Position numbers and translations under genes: made by a program
Notes under the pieces: generated by a model
What the model saw: only the letters and a program-made list of their open reading frames with translations
Databases searched by the model: none
Told to the model about the DNA's origin: nothing
DNA from: Octopus vulgaris
Taxonomy: Eukaryota
Direction: 5' to 3'
NCBI GenBank assembly: GCA_951406725.2
Contig: OX597832.1
Coordinates: 36,828,001-36,892,000, forward strand
DNA: 64,000 bases
Shown: positions 1 to 13,217 of the stretch, one piece after another
Layout: every line of letters starts with the position of its first letter
How positions within the stretch are numbered: the first letter of the stretch is position 1

Positions 1-150
1 AACATGTAGCAATAATGTATATTAACATGTGGTGTTAGTGGTAGATAACAGATAGTGATAGTAACTATGGACAGGTGATGACAGTGGTTTTCTCAACAAG
101 GTGGCAGTAATGTCTGTTAACAGTTGGTGCTGGCTTTACACTAAGCTTCA

Positions 151-183
<33 letters not shown>

Positions 184-1089
184 GAGCACCCAGTCTATCA
201 ATAATGACAGAGTTCTTGTTGAGAAAGTTACCTAATGAAACTTGATAATTAGAGGATGGGAAAATAAATAAAAATGTCAAAACAAGCGGAAAATAAGAAA
301 ATTATATTTTTCACCTGCAAAATACTATACAGGTATGATTCACTGCAGAAGTCCATGAAAAACAACAATTTTTGTATAAACATGAGGACACACTGACACT
401 CCTTAGCCTTTTGAATTTTCAGTCTGTAATTTCAAAAGGTTCCTAACCCCAACCCAAATGATGTCACTTCAGGGTGAAGGCACAGATATTGTAGTCGACT
501 GCATCCTAAAATAACATTCAAATTTCTTAGGACTATTGCAATGCTGAACAAATCATCTGAATTTATGAACATTAAAACGTTATGAGACAATGAAGGTAGC
601 AGAATGAACTTCAAATACGAAAAATAAGCAGAATTCCTGCAAATAAGTGGAGACCTTGTTTGGAAATTTAGAGAAGGATTTTTATTGGTCTTGGAAGTGT
701 TTGGGCTATAATAATGATGAACTCTCTTGTAAATGTTGCAATAGGCAGAAGATAATCAAAATTTAGGAATACTAAAACAATAGACAAGTATTAAGAAAGC
801 AGAATGAACTTTCAAATACAAAAGACAAACACTACAACTAATTAGAGATGATATTGCAGCAAAAAGTAGAAATGCTGTTGGTTAACTCAGAAAAGTTCAA
901 ATTGTTTCATTAAGGATTATGAGACAAATACAAAAAATAAACAAAACAACACTAGCTTGTGTCGACTGATTTAGAAAGCGAATTTTATAAAGTGAAACAA
1001 ATTCAACAGCTTCAAACACTAAAGTGTTACTCAAAAAAAAAGCATATATACAGAGGCATGTAGTGTATTAGATATATTGATTATTATTC

Positions 1090-1750
1090 AGGGTGGTAAG
1101 CTGGCAGAATTGTTAGCATGCCAGACAAAAAGGCAGAGTGGCATTTCCTCTGTTTCTACAAATTGAGTTAAAATTCCACTGAGGTTGACTTTGCCTTTCA
1201 TCCTTTCAAATTTGATGAAAAAAGTACCAGTTAAGCACTGGGGTCAATGTAATTGACTTACCCCTACCCTCAAACTTTCAGGCTTTGTGCCTATAGTAAA
1301 GACTACTACTATTATTATTATTATTATTATTAAGGCATTGGACAAAACACTTAGTGGTATTTCTTCAAGCTCTTTACATCCTGAGTTCAAATCCTGCCAA
1401 AGTCAGCCTTACCTTTCATTCTTCCTGTCAAGTACTGGGTTGATGTAACTGGCATGCCCTCTTCCCTCGACATTGCTGGCCTTGTGCCAAAATTAGAAAA
1501 AAACACTTGTTGTTAATGGTGGTAGATTAACAGAGTTGGTATTGCCTGGCAGTATTTACTTACGGCACTTCATGTACCAGGTTCAAGTCTTGCCAAGGTT
1601 GTCTTTGCTCTTCACATCTTTAGGGTGACAAATACAATGTAGTAATGGAGTCAGTTTAATTAACTACAGTTTAATTAACTGCAGCCACTTCCTCTACCTT
1701 ACTCTTCTTCAATGTTCCTTATGTCTGGATTAGAAATTATCACAACTATT
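1090..1750 (+). mobile_element. Three head-to-tail copies of an (ATT)n-tailed SINE (family S1)
   Basis: Each copy has GCTGGCAGAA...GAGTTCAAAT...GACTTTGCCTTTCATCCTTT...AAGTACCAGT...GGGGTCAATGTAAT-like blocks and a simple-repeat tail; the same sequence recurs more than 20 times in the window. Confidence 0.85.
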
Positions 1751-2835
1751 GTTGTTGTTGTTCTTGTCTGGTGTTTTGGAAACTTCTTAAATATTATCAA
1801 AATTAATGTATTGTAAAAAAAAAACCCTTCTTTCCTTATTTTTGTATCATTGAAGGAATAATAGATAATGCTAATCTGGTTGTTGTTGCATATGGATATA
1901 TATACTGCTACTCTTCACCACCACCCTACTCCCATTCCCATGTCGTGTGCCTCCTTTTGTCCTCCCATGGTAATTGTAGATCAAGGAAGGCAATTTCAAA
2001 TTGTAAATGTTACAAAATAGAAACGGGTTGTGAACTCCATTACCCACTTCATGAGACAATAAAGTTTTTTTGCATTGGGAGGAAATCTGAGACAAGATTT
2101 ATATAGTTCTTTGGGAAAGAGTCGACTGTTCCGTTAAAAGATAAGCTGGTCTTGAGAATTGGAATTATGACTCTATTGAAATTACTACTGAATAAGAATT
2201 ACCAATTTATAAACTAACCAAGAAAGTTTATTAAAATATTAGTTATAGCTTCCATGTTCCAATTCCCTTCAACTATTTCATTTTGTCTACCTCTCTGTGC
2301 TATTGAGAGAGGCATGAATGTCACACACTCTTAATTACACCTTCCCTTTATCTCTTCTGTAAAACACTTTTGTACATTATCAAAGCCATCATGTAGTATA
2401 TTTTAGTCAAGACACAAGACACACATGTACCTCTATCTATAACTCACTGTCCTAGTTGCAAAATAGGTGATACTCTTTCAACTTAAGTGATCAGGCATAA
2501 AACTGAGATATTTGTTACAATAATCCACATACAAATATATACATTTTTACACTCATTTGACCTACAACAGCAGGAAAAATTCATGTAAACTTAGGAACCT
2601 AAGAAAAGAACAAAACAGTTTTTTTCTTCTTTTTTTTTTCTTTAAGAGAAAGTGGTTCCTAGTTTCCAACCTCAATGTCCCTGACTGTGATTTGTTTACA
2701 TGCCTTTCTAAGTCGGTTACAATAGGGTTTATAAAATGATAGTGGAATGTTTTTATAGAAAACTTAAAAGGTTAATATTTTGAATGAACAGTCATAAAAT
2801 GGCTATGGATATGTCCGTTGTAGTTGCTTTTTAGT

Positions 2836-2973
2836 TTAACCTTTAGCACACTGAGGGCACATCACATCACCATACAAGTTTTCTCCCTTCTCAATGTGAC
2901 ACAATGTGCCTGCAGCTACAGGGAAGAAAACTTGTACAGTGACATGATTCACCTTCAGCATGCTAAAGGTTAA
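2836..2973. mobile_element. TTAA-flanked palindromic MITE (piggyBac-like ends)
   Basis: TTAACCTTTAGCA at 2836 and TGCTAAAGGTTAA ending 2973; imperfect inverted arms of about 53 bp around a short spacer. Confidence 0.85.
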
Positions 2974-4062
2974 TAAACAAATATAACTTTTGTAGAACAT
3001 TTTGGAATATTTAAATTTTAATATTTTATCAAAACAGCAATTATTTCAGAGTCGATTCCTCAGTAACCACATTTCTATGACACCTAAAACCTTTCTGTGA
3101 GCTATAGAATTTTTTGACTTCTAGAACTTATTAACTTTAGTGTAAAGAATTTGTGGACTCTGGGATTTTCCTTGTTCTGTGATACAGAATTCTAGATTTT
3201 AGACCTCACTAACTCACCTTAAGAATGTTACATCATATAGTAGAGGGTAGGCTATGAATAAGCCATGCTCATGATCAAGTTTTGATTCCCTGTTGGGTAG
3301 TATAGGCTAATAGTAGCATTGTGTATGAGACCATATAGATTGTGATAAAATATCTTTGTTGGTGTAGATTGAGACCATAGCTTTGTAGGATAACACACAC
3401 TTATGTGCTGTTTCAACTAACCAGTTCTGTCCATCTCAGTCAAGATGTGTTTCTTATCAGACAGACTCTGTATGCCTCTGATTGCTGGTCACTGAAAAAT
3501 GAACCAAATGCTACTGCATTGCGAGAAGATACATTTATCCATTCCTAGAACAATTTGATATTTCATGGAAATGTGTAAATTTGCAATAATATCTAGCATA
3601 GTAATGCAGGCAATGGCAATGTATGAACAAATGAGGTCAGAAATAATCCAAGATTACATTAGACCTCTGACTTGATGACTTTACCTGATACATTTAAATG
3701 TCATACAAAATGTATAATTCTGAATCGTTGACCATTCTTTGAAACATATTGGTCTCTATAAAGCGCATCTTCCCCTTGTTCTCTATTCGTTCTGATTTTA
3801 AACTGTTAAAGCATTCTATAAATATTGCTGTTCACCCATCTATCATATCTCTCGATCTACATAACAATTTCCCTATCTGTGTATTTATTTATATTTCTAT
3901 CTATCTAACATTATTAAATCTGTTTCTTTATGGATATTTGATTTATTAGTATATTGATTTATTTGAATATATCTGGCTATTGATCTACTTATTGCTAATA
4001 TTTCTATATCTTTGCCTCTAAAATCAATGGCATCAGTTCCCAATTCTTTGATAGATATTGAA

Positions 4063-4100
<38 letters not shown>

Positions 4101-4124
4101 AGGGCATTGGATTAACAGAAGCCA

Positions 4125-4310
4125 AGGCAGTGGATTGACAAAATTGTTAGAGCATTGGACTTAATAAATTGTAATATTTCTTCTGGCTCTATAAGTTCTG
4201 AGTTCAAATCCTGTGAAGGTCAACTTTGCTTTTCATACTTTCAGGGTCAGAGCTATCAACTAACTGCTTTCCTCAAAGCAACTGACCTTAAGCCTAAATT
4301 AGACACAATT
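4125..4310 (+). mobile_element. Degenerate S1 SINE
   Basis: TTCTGAGTTCAAATCC...GGTCAACTTTGCTTTTCATACTTTCAGGGTC matches S1. Confidence 0.7.
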
Positions 4311-5189
4311 GTTCAGTCAGTCATCTATTTTAGGCTACTACTGTTCTGACCTTACACCATACCTGCAACCATTCAGAACTCAAAGACCATCTTTCTTTCA
4401 GATCAAACTTTCCTGTTACGTTCAGTATGTTCTTGGATCAAAGACCTTAATTCTTTAATTAGTAAAAATCAGTTATTTTAAGTTCCAGTGACTGACCCTA
4501 ATCCAAATCTGAGACCTTTACCAATCAAAACTTAAACCATTAATCTACACACCTAATCTCAGCACTACTTTTCCTGTTTGTTGAAAAGATTATTGGCTCA
4601 AATGCGAAAACTTTTATACACAATTTATTACCAGTTCCAATGAAAGAGTATTTCTTCAACTGCTAATCTCTTCTTTATTGTTATTTTATTAATATTCTTG
4701 TTGTTTTGTAAAATCCTGATATGAAGAGTAAAAACCAAAGCTAGAATTTGGAAAAAGCATAAAAAAAAACAATGAAGATGGTCTAAAGTAAATAAAAATG
4801 CTTGAAATTGGTAAAATAAGATAAACTCCAAATAGTACACAAAATCAGAACTCAAATCTCCTCCAAACTTAACGAATCCTCTTAATTTTATGAATATTGT
4901 TTATGATTTTCAACATTTAAGTCCTGTTCATTCTTTGTAAGGTTTATTTTTTTCACTCTTGACTAATGATAGAAACAAACTAAACCATTTCAAAGATGTC
5001 TTGCAATATTTACACACACACACATACAGTTAGTGTTAATGGATCACAACTTTTTCAACATTCCTGATGTATCTTCCATTCCACAATATCATCCATAGCA
5101 ATTTAAAGCTCTTGGATAGAGCACGCCATGTTTTTTTAGCAATTGTTTGATGTAACTTTTTGCTGGTTTTCTTCTTTTCCATGTATGTG

Positions 5190-5229
<40 letters not shown>

Positions 5230-5874
5230 GACTTTTAAAATGGATGAGAACGGATCCTAAAGCAAATAAAGCTGTAGCTAACAGCTGGTAAATATTGGAT
5301 TAAAACAACCTTTCAGCAGTAAAAGTCAGTTGTCCCACAGACAGCTTTTGACTTTTTCTATTCAAAAGGATTTTAATCCAATATTAATAGCTTTATTTGC
5401 TTTGAGATTCACTGTTCCAAAAAAAAAAAAAAAAGACAAAGGTGTGTGTGTGTGATGAAGATACCCATTTAGTGTTGACTGTTGGAAGAAAGAGTACTCA
5501 ATACCATAGGAGAGATTGATAATATACTTTGGGTGATTCAGTCTCTTGCTATTCTGAGTTTTCCGTGCCTGAAGACCCTGTGCATCCATAAGCAAAACTC
5601 AGAGCAGCAACAGACTGACTTAACCAAAATAAAAATGCCTATATTTGTGGAATGGTATGTTTTCCATAACAAAGAAACACTACACAGAATTGGCTCTGAT
5701 GGAGCTGTTAGAAATTGCACTGGCACTCAACAATGGGTGCAGGATTTTTCAGCACCAAATCAGTTGTGAGCGAATGAGCATGATGTCATTCTTTTGTCAT
5801 TTGTTATTTGATATGAGTGTGTGTGTGTGTGAATGTACACACACACACACACACACATATATATACTCATATAT

Positions 5875-6030
5875 ATGGCTATGTGATTAACAAGTTCACT
5901 TCCCGGCTCTGTGGTTTTGGGTTTAGTTGCACTACATGGTGCTTTGGGTAAATGTTGTCTACTACAGACTCAGGCCAAAGAAAGCCTTGTGACTGGATCT
6001 AGTAGGAGGAAATTGAAGGAAGCCTGTTGT
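5875..6030 (+). mobile_element. tRNA-derived SINE with CORE-like centre (family S2), degenerate
   Basis: Aligns by eye to copies at 21464 and 22208 (TGGCT..GTG.TTAA.AAG head, GC..TTGGG.AA.TGT centre, GAAA.TGAA.GAAGC end). Confidence 0.7.
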
Positions 6031-6649
6031 GGGTATACATGCATGATCACACATTCTCTCATGCCCCCCTCCCCACAAATTTATTTGATGTTAATTGTTT
6101 GAGTGCCTTCCCACCATGACAATCACTTTCAATTTTGACTGTTGACAATTCCACACCTGAAGGGATGACGAATGAAAGACAATTGATATTGAACTGGAAT
6201 TCTTCCTTCGTTAGATTATCAAAGCTAATTAACAACAACAACCGTTATAACCTGCCACATCAAACCAAATATCCATCCTTGCTCTAACTGTTGTACAACA
6301 TTAACTAAAAGCTTACTAAAGCATGACCTGAATAACCTCTTTGTCTTTGTTTTACCTATTGCTATCATACTAATACCAAAACGTGTGTATTATTATCCTC
6401 GTCTGGTCTTAAAGTTGCTTCTTAACTGCTGCCTCTTCTTCCAATTCATAGCTGTATTGATAATAATAATAATAATAATAATAATACTTTTAATGATAAT
6501 GGCATTTTCCTATTATTTTAATTAACCCTTCAAACTTTGTTTTTTTCTTTTTTTTATTTTATTTTATCACATTTGTAATAAATTTGGTTTCAATAAAATA
6601 TTTTAACTTAAATGTTTTTTTTTTCTTTGTTTTATAATAATATTTATTA

Positions 6650-6685
6650 TGGTTGTTACTATTATTATTATTATTATTATTATTA

Positions 6686-6718
<33 letters not shown>

Positions 6719-6735
6719 ATTGTTATTGCTGTTGT
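6650..6735. repeat. (ATT)n microsatellite
   Basis: Directly visible; explains the poly-I/Y/L ORFs at 6612-6873. Confidence 0.95.
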
Positions 6736-6879
6736 TTTATTGTTCCTGTTGGTGGTGTTGTTATTTATGGCAATGGATTGGCAAAATCAATAGAAAATCA
6801 AAAATGCTTGCAGTTATTTGTTCTGGCTCTTTATGTTGAGAGTGGTGGGGAAGGAGTAGGTAAAAATGGTTGAGTGGCA

Positions 6880-7107
6880 GATAAAGGTAGTAGATTCAGA
6901 GATAAAGACTGCAGAGTGGTGGCTAATGACAGTAGATAAAGATAAGAGAGGGCTCAATGAAGATGGTAGAACGTTTGATAAAGACTGTCGAGTGCTCGAT
7001 AGAGATAGCAGGGTGCTAGTCAAAGACGGAGGAGTGCTCGTTAAAGACGGCTGAATGCTCAATAAAAGTGGTAGAGTGCTAGGCAGAGATGGTGGAGTAC
7101 TTGATAG
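6880..7107. repeat. Degenerate 21-bp minisatellite, consensus near GATAAAGACGGTRGAGTGCTC
   Basis: Successive units GATAAAGACTGTCGAGTGCTC, GATAGAGATAGCAGGGTGCTA, GTCAAAGACGGAGGAGTGCTC, GTTAAAGACGGCTGAATGCTC, AATAAAAGTGGTAGAGTGCTA, GGCAGAGATGGTGGAGTACTT. Confidence 0.85.
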
Positions 7108-7511
7108 AGAGTGATACTAAAGGGATAGGTAAAACACATGGTGATATTCAATTTATGCCCCTTTGGGTTCTCAGTTGAACTCCTAGAGAATTTAACTCTA
7201 CATTCTTGTTTAACCTTCCGGGATCTGTAAAGTTCCAGTCAAGTACTGAGTTGATTTAATCAGCTTTGTCCTTCATTTGAGATTATGTGAGAAATTGTGG
7301 CAGACTCTGTGACAAAACTGAAGACCTGTCTAAATGGTCGGCAGTGGTTAGTTGTAGTTGAAGTTCTACCAAAGTTTATATTTCCTTCTCAGATGAGAAC
7401 TGAGAAAATCCAGTCAAGAGTTGAGCGATATAATCCACCAAACATAGCAACACTCTCTGTAACTTTGCACCAATGCTAGATATCATCATCATCATCGTCA
7501 TTGTTATTATT

Positions 7512-7832
7512 AAGATAGTAAACTTGCAGAATTGATGCTGCACGGAGCAAAAAATACTTAGCAACATTTCTTCTAGCTTCACATTCAGAGATCAAATTCC
7601 ACTGAGGTTGACTTCCTTTCATCCTTTCAGGATCAGTAAAATAAGTACCAGTTGAGTAATGGGGTTGATTACTGCCCCCATCCCACAGAAAAAGTTCGGG
7701 TAATGTTGACTTTGCCTTTCATCCTTTCAGGGTACAGCACTGGGCTTGATGTAATCAACTAATCCACTCCCACCAAAATTTCAGGATTTCTGCCTATTGT
7801 AGAAAGGATTATTATTATTATTGTTATTGTTA

Positions 7833-7866
<34 letters not shown>

Positions 7867-7875
7867 CATTATTAT
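7512..7875 (+). mobile_element. Tandem S1 SINE copies with long (ATT)n tail
   Basis: Two GTTGACTT...CCTTTCATCCTTTCAGG cores (about 7607 and 7705) and tail GTAGAAAGGATTATTATT. Confidence 0.85.
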
Positions 7876-8439
7876 TGCTGCCGCTGAATATTGGCTAACA
7901 AATTTTTAGAACTCTTTGTATCAACTTTGGCCATTGCAAATGTATACTTTTGTTCTCCATCAATTAGTGCCATCTCATAGCAGAATTGATAAGTGATGTA
8001 GTGTGTTGATTAGCTAATCCCCTCAGCCTTTATTGAGGTTGATCTGAAATTGAAATTTTCAGAAAATATTCTTTAAATATTAAAAGAAATATTTTAATAT
8101 TCAAAGAAAAGGAAACATGAAATGATAAATGAACAGGAAAGTAGAAATTCTCTTTCTTTGATATCCTGTGAGGCAGGGGGGAGCATGTGACTTGCTTCTC
8201 CTCACCATTCCAGTGTTCTGTGACTGTGATGAGGACACAACCACTATTACCATCACCTTTATCATCCGCTACACCTGCACCAGTCATGTTGAAGTGTGTG
8301 GTAACAACAATGTCAGTGAAGAGATGAGGAGTATAATTTTTAAACTATACTCCTCATCCCAACACCCACCATCACTGCAATATCAACAACATGATAACAA
8401 AAGCCACTAATCCTCTCTTAATTAGGGATTGTGTGCAAA

Positions 8440-8870
8440 AATAACCTGGTTCTTGGAAGAACACGAAAGGCAAGCAAAGGCTGAGAACCAGGAATATGGC
8501 ACAAATATGATGGGAGTGAGTTTGATTACCAATTCCTATTGTGCTACCGATAGAGGAAAAGGGGAAGACCACTTTATAAGTGCATCTCTGAGAAATTTTA
8601 ATTAGTTCAAATGATTCCTGAGGTAGAAGACATTGCTTGGGACACAAGAAAGAAAGGCACGGTGGAACTCCTATGTAAAACTGGAGATAATTCGAATAAT
8701 GTCATGCACTCCAAATTTATTTACCCTTTTCTTACATAGACAAGCAAACAAGCATTCAGGATTGTGCTGGAAGAGGTGGACTTAGAGCAGTGTTAATAAG
8801 GAGTATGTTGATGGGACCTGCATCACACCTTCCAGGTTAACTGATCTGGGATAATGCTTGCGTTAGAGCT
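8440..8870 (-). mobile_element. Possible highly decayed CR1/Jockey-like LINE 3' fragment
   Basis: Minus-strand pieces reminiscent of L.P..HRR.V and ..SFLPRT motifs, across frameshifts; weak. Confidence 0.25.
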
Positions 8871-11318
8871 ACAAGGTCATTGTATTAATTTGTATTAATT
8901 TGCTTGCATTATGTCAGAGAGCACAATGTTTCAACTACGGCAGCACAATTCATCTAAACATCCTTCATCCTTTGCCGAAGGAAAAGAATATGCAGTCACA
9001 TACCCTGCTTCTAGCATCTGGAACACAAAACTCTATTGTGATCAGCAGTAATTCTATAAAGCATACCTGTTGCATTGGGAAAGCAGCAGCTGAACATAAT
9101 TATAACCATTCTCAAAAATATCAAATGGGGCAACAACAATACAAGCCCAGAAACCTCTTTTCTTCTTCTTCTTCTTCTTCTTCTTCTTCTTCTTCTTCAT
9201 TGTTATAAATTAGTGTGTTGATGAAATATATTAAAAAAAACATTAAAAAAAGGAAAGAATCTCAAAAGAATAAATGGGAAGGGATTTGAGAAGTTTACTT
9301 CGAGCCATTTGCAAGTAAACTCCTCAGAAAAGGTTTTCCATGTGACGTAAGAATTTTCCATGATAGTGAACCAGAACCTTTTAGAGGAACCTTTCAGGGA
9401 AGGCTTCCTCATCAAGAATGCTGGATTACTCATTCTTTGAGTCCAAGGTAAGTAATTTTTCTCACCTTTTCTCTGCCGGGAGTAGGATTTATAAATGCAC
9501 ATGGCTTGAGGTTATTCTGGAAGCAAGGTCAATTCCTTAATATTCTCACATGGCCTAAGGTCATGGGATTTGGATGTAATGGCCCTAAGTGGCACCAAGT
9601 TTTTCTGCATACAGCCAACCATATACTTCTTTAGTTGGCCAAGATTGAGCAGGGTGGCACTGTTATTTCAGAATGGTCAAAATCTCAAAATACAAACACT
9701 CATCTTGGACCTGGATAGTAAATTGATGATTCTGAGTATGAACAGCAACAGAGGCAGGTGCCTCTAGGAAAGTGGCTGTTTATAACCCAAACTGTATCAA
9801 TTGGAGAAATTCTAGTATTTAATGTAAGAACATAAATATTCTTCTCTTTGGTCAAGTGAACTGGTGAATGGTGTTTACATTGCTCGTTGGCATTATGACT
9901 GGTTGATGTGTGCCTTTGAAAACCTGTGATGATATAAATATTTTACTTGAGAAATAGGTATAGGTTGGTATTAGGAAGAATATCCAACCATATCTTACCT
10001 CAACCGTGTGATTGCGAAGCAAGCTTTTTACCACACAGCTACACCTGCATATATTTAGTGTTATCATTTGTCAGTTATTACCTGTCAGCTCTGATCCAGC
10101 AGACCAACAATCAATGATTCCAATGGCAGCCACCCCCTCCTTTATTTCGACAGACTTTTAGTGTAAAAAGGATTAGATTGACTCCAACTAATGTAGCCTT
10201 CTATTTATTTATAATTAGTTGTGATATAAGGGTGATTTGGTCGCTATGTCTTGTATATGGAACAACCACCTAGAGATTCCATTGTTGTCTTACGAGCAGT
10301 GATGGTGGGGATGGGGGTGAAATATGGCAACTTTAATCTTGGTGCAAAGAAAACATCAAAGGTTTGTGGTTTCTAATCTACATGGAATGAAAGTATATTT
10401 TATCACCATATATCTATTAGGAATCCTTAGTAATGTACACTGCAATAATGGCTTATGACTTCAGCTAAGAATCTGCAGAATTACTTGTGTGGTTGTTGTT
10501 GTTATCATCATCATCATCCTCGTCTAGATTTAGAAAAGGTGAAAGAAATATATACTTGTGTCTTAGCATCTTGCTAAAAATAAACGATTTTGGTAATTAC
10601 TTTGTGAGACTTATGGATCTAAAAAAGTAATATTTTGTGTGTGTATGTATATATCAGCTGTACAGTATATGTATGGCTCACTGTATATATTTGCACATGT
10701 AAGTGTATACATGTGTATTGCTGGATGTATGTATACATGTGTAAGTCAGTGTGTACTTACGTATGCATATGTACAAAGAACACTGGAGTGTTTGTAAGTT
10801 TGTTTATGTATTAATGTATATGCATATGCAGTCATACAGTGTGTGTGTGTGTACATGTGTTTATGTTCTTCAGTGAAAGTTTATTTGTGTGTGTGTGTGT
10901 TGTCAGGTTTTTTTGTAACAAAACCAGCAGACAATACAGCAACAAACATTCAAAGATTTCAAGAATAAATTCCAAAAATATTGATGAATTAAACAAGTAT
11001 TTATCTTCACACATTTTCCTCTTTGTTTTAATTATTTCAACAATAGTTTGCTTTCAATTTTCTTGCAGTTTCTCCTCATATTTGTTATGAATATTATTAT
11101 TGTTGCTGTTTTCTGTCATTGTTATTATTATTATTCCACAACAAATAATTTTGCATTTCATATCTGTCAGTTACATTTCTGACTAAATCTTCCATCATTT
11201 AATTTAGGACTTAAGGCACCTTTCCTTCTTTTTATCTGCCTGTCTGCTTTCTTCATTAATGTGTGTATGTTTGTGCATGTATGTTTATATATATATATAT
11301 ATATGTTTGTGTATGTAT

Positions 11319-12072
11319 GAGGACATGCGTAGGCTTGAAAGAAATGAAGCTAGTATGTTTCATTGGATGTGCAATGTCAAAGTGCATGCATGACAGAGTG
11401 TAAGCATCTTGAGAGAAAAATTAAGCATAAGATGTAGTGTGTAAGAGAGACGACTGCATTAGTATGGTCATGTGATGCATATGGATGTGGACATTTGTGT
11501 GAATAAGTGGAAGGAAGCTGTGGAAGAGGGTGACCCAGGGAGACATGGGATGAAGTGGTGAGGCATGAGCTTCAAACACTGGGTCTCATGGAGGCAATGA
11601 CTAGCAATATGCTGTGCTTGCAAAGACCTGTCAAGTCAAATGAGATCATAGTTGTGGCTGTTGTTGGTGTCACGTAACAGGCACCCGTGCCGGTGGCATG
11701 TAAAAGGCACCTTTCAAGTGTTGGGCCTCATAGAGGCAATGTGGCCAATGCTGGTATTGTGGAACTAGGGCCTCTTAGAGATAATAACAAATGACCAAGA
11801 CCTTTGGCAATAAGCTGTGCTTCAGAAGGAAGATCCATCAAGCCAAATGAAATTGTAATCGTTGCAGATAATAGTGTCACGCAACTGGCACCCATACTGG
11901 TGGCACATAAAATCACCCATCTCGGAGTGGTTGGAGTTAGAAAAGGCATCCAGCCATAGAAACCATGTCAAATCAGACTGGAATCTGGTGCAGCCCCTCA
12001 GTTTACCAGCTCTGGTCAAACCATCCAACCCATGCCAGCATGGATAACAGACAGTAAATAATGATGATGATG
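11319..12072 (+). mobile_element. RTE-clade LINE, 5'-truncated: ORF C-terminus plus 3' UTR
   Basis: Translates EDMRRLERNEASMFHWMCNVKVH..QSVSILREKLSIR...YGHVMHMD with stops and frameshifts; homologous to 27794-28813; ends GGCATCCAGCC...CCATGCCAGCATGG...(GAT)n. Confidence 0.9.
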
Positions 12073-12781
12073 TGTGTATGTATGTGTGCATGTATCTAGA
12101 TGTATGACTGTGTGTGTATGTTTGTATATGTATATACGTGTATTTGTTAATATATTTTTACAGCCAGATGATAATTATGTAGCACAGGAAGGCAACCAGC
12201 TGTAAAAATTGTACCAAACCAGACAATTCAGCCTGGTGCTGCTCTCTGGTTTACTAGTTCCTGTTGAACCATTCAACCAATACCAGCATGGGAAACACAT
12301 TAAATGTCAATGGTAATGATGAGAAACATTTTGATGAATGAGAAGCTATAGTTGGCAATAGTTGACTCCAGAATATAACAGGTACTCAGGTTATCAACTC
12401 TTAAAGACAAGATTTGAACTCATAAAGAGTCGTAGCTGACTGCTGCAAAGTGCTGATTCTGCCAAATATCAGTGGCAGGATACCATACTAAAATGTTTTG
12501 TAGAGTTATGAAATTGTGTGTGTTCAAATCAAATCTTGTTAGGGCTGACTCCTCAATTCTATCCCACCAGAGTCTGATAAATAACTCTTTGCTCTCTTCT
12601 CTTCCATAAATCTGTACCTTCTGCTAATGTTGGAAATAATCATCTAAAGTGTTGTTCAATGTCTTGTCAACCGTTTGAGGAGAAATATGACTAAGCAAGT
12701 CCAAGCCATGGCTATTTGTCTGTTATTTAGCCACCATGTATCTAATGTAAACTTGTACATTTTAAGATTGCAGAGTGTAAT

Positions 12782-12989
12782 TTAACCTTTTAGCATTTAA
12801 ACTGACCATCTCCGGCCCAAATGTTCTATTTGTTTTATGTTGAAGTCAGCCAAATCACACCAACCCTGCAATGTCATTCTAAAAATAAACAATTGCATCA
12901 TCAAAATTTCAATGTTCATACCTGATTAATTCAAAACAATTTGAATAAATATTACATTTGACAGAGTATTCAGAAAGCTAAAGGGTTAA
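12782..12989 (+). mobile_element. TTAA-flanked MITE family A
   Basis: TTAACCTTTTAGC...GCTAAAGGGTTAA termini; internal CAATGTCATTCTAAAAATAAACAAT shared with 14163, 16933 and 17915. Confidence 0.85.
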
Positions 12990-13217
12990 CACTTTTACTG
13001 CAGAAAGCAGATAAATCCACTCAAAATTTCATTAGCTTTAACTGCTGAAAGTAGTTCTACGTACCAACCTTTCTTCCAATGCGGAATGTCATCTTTGAAA
13101 CTATTTTCTATTGAGATATGTCAAGTTTATTGAGGCAACATGACTTGCGGAAAATACCAATATTTTTTGTAGATACTAGAATAGCCATAACATTTAATTT
13201 TGCAGTTAAAGGATTAA
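12986..13217 (-). mobile_element. TTAA-flanked MITE family B, sharing a TTAA with the family A copy
   Basis: TTAACACTTTTAC...GTTAAAGGATTAA; reverse complement of the copies at 47645 and 56577 (GCAAGTCA.GTTGCCTCAATAAACTTGACA). Confidence 0.75.

Noticed and set aside
315-424. Possible 110-bp minus-strand exon (AG...CAG|GTGAAA) with one open frame
   Set aside because: Weak donor and unrecognisable peptide.
570-935. Recurring AGCAGAATGAACTT.CAAATAC and TTATGAGACAA words
   Set aside because: Only short matches with irregular spacing; cannot define a repeat unit by eye.
3395-3465. Minus-strand CTGATAA...GAAACAGCAC; likewise CAAAACAATTGTA near 24176-24190
   Set aside because: Core nucleotides mutated and no consistent stems.
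9270-9453. Open frame EVYFEPFASK...HSLSP ending at a perfect donor AAG|GTAAGT; similar isolated donor AAG|GTGAGT at 39339
   Set aside because: No start codon or convincing acceptor, no recognisable protein, and a couple of such donor words are expected by chance in 64 kb.
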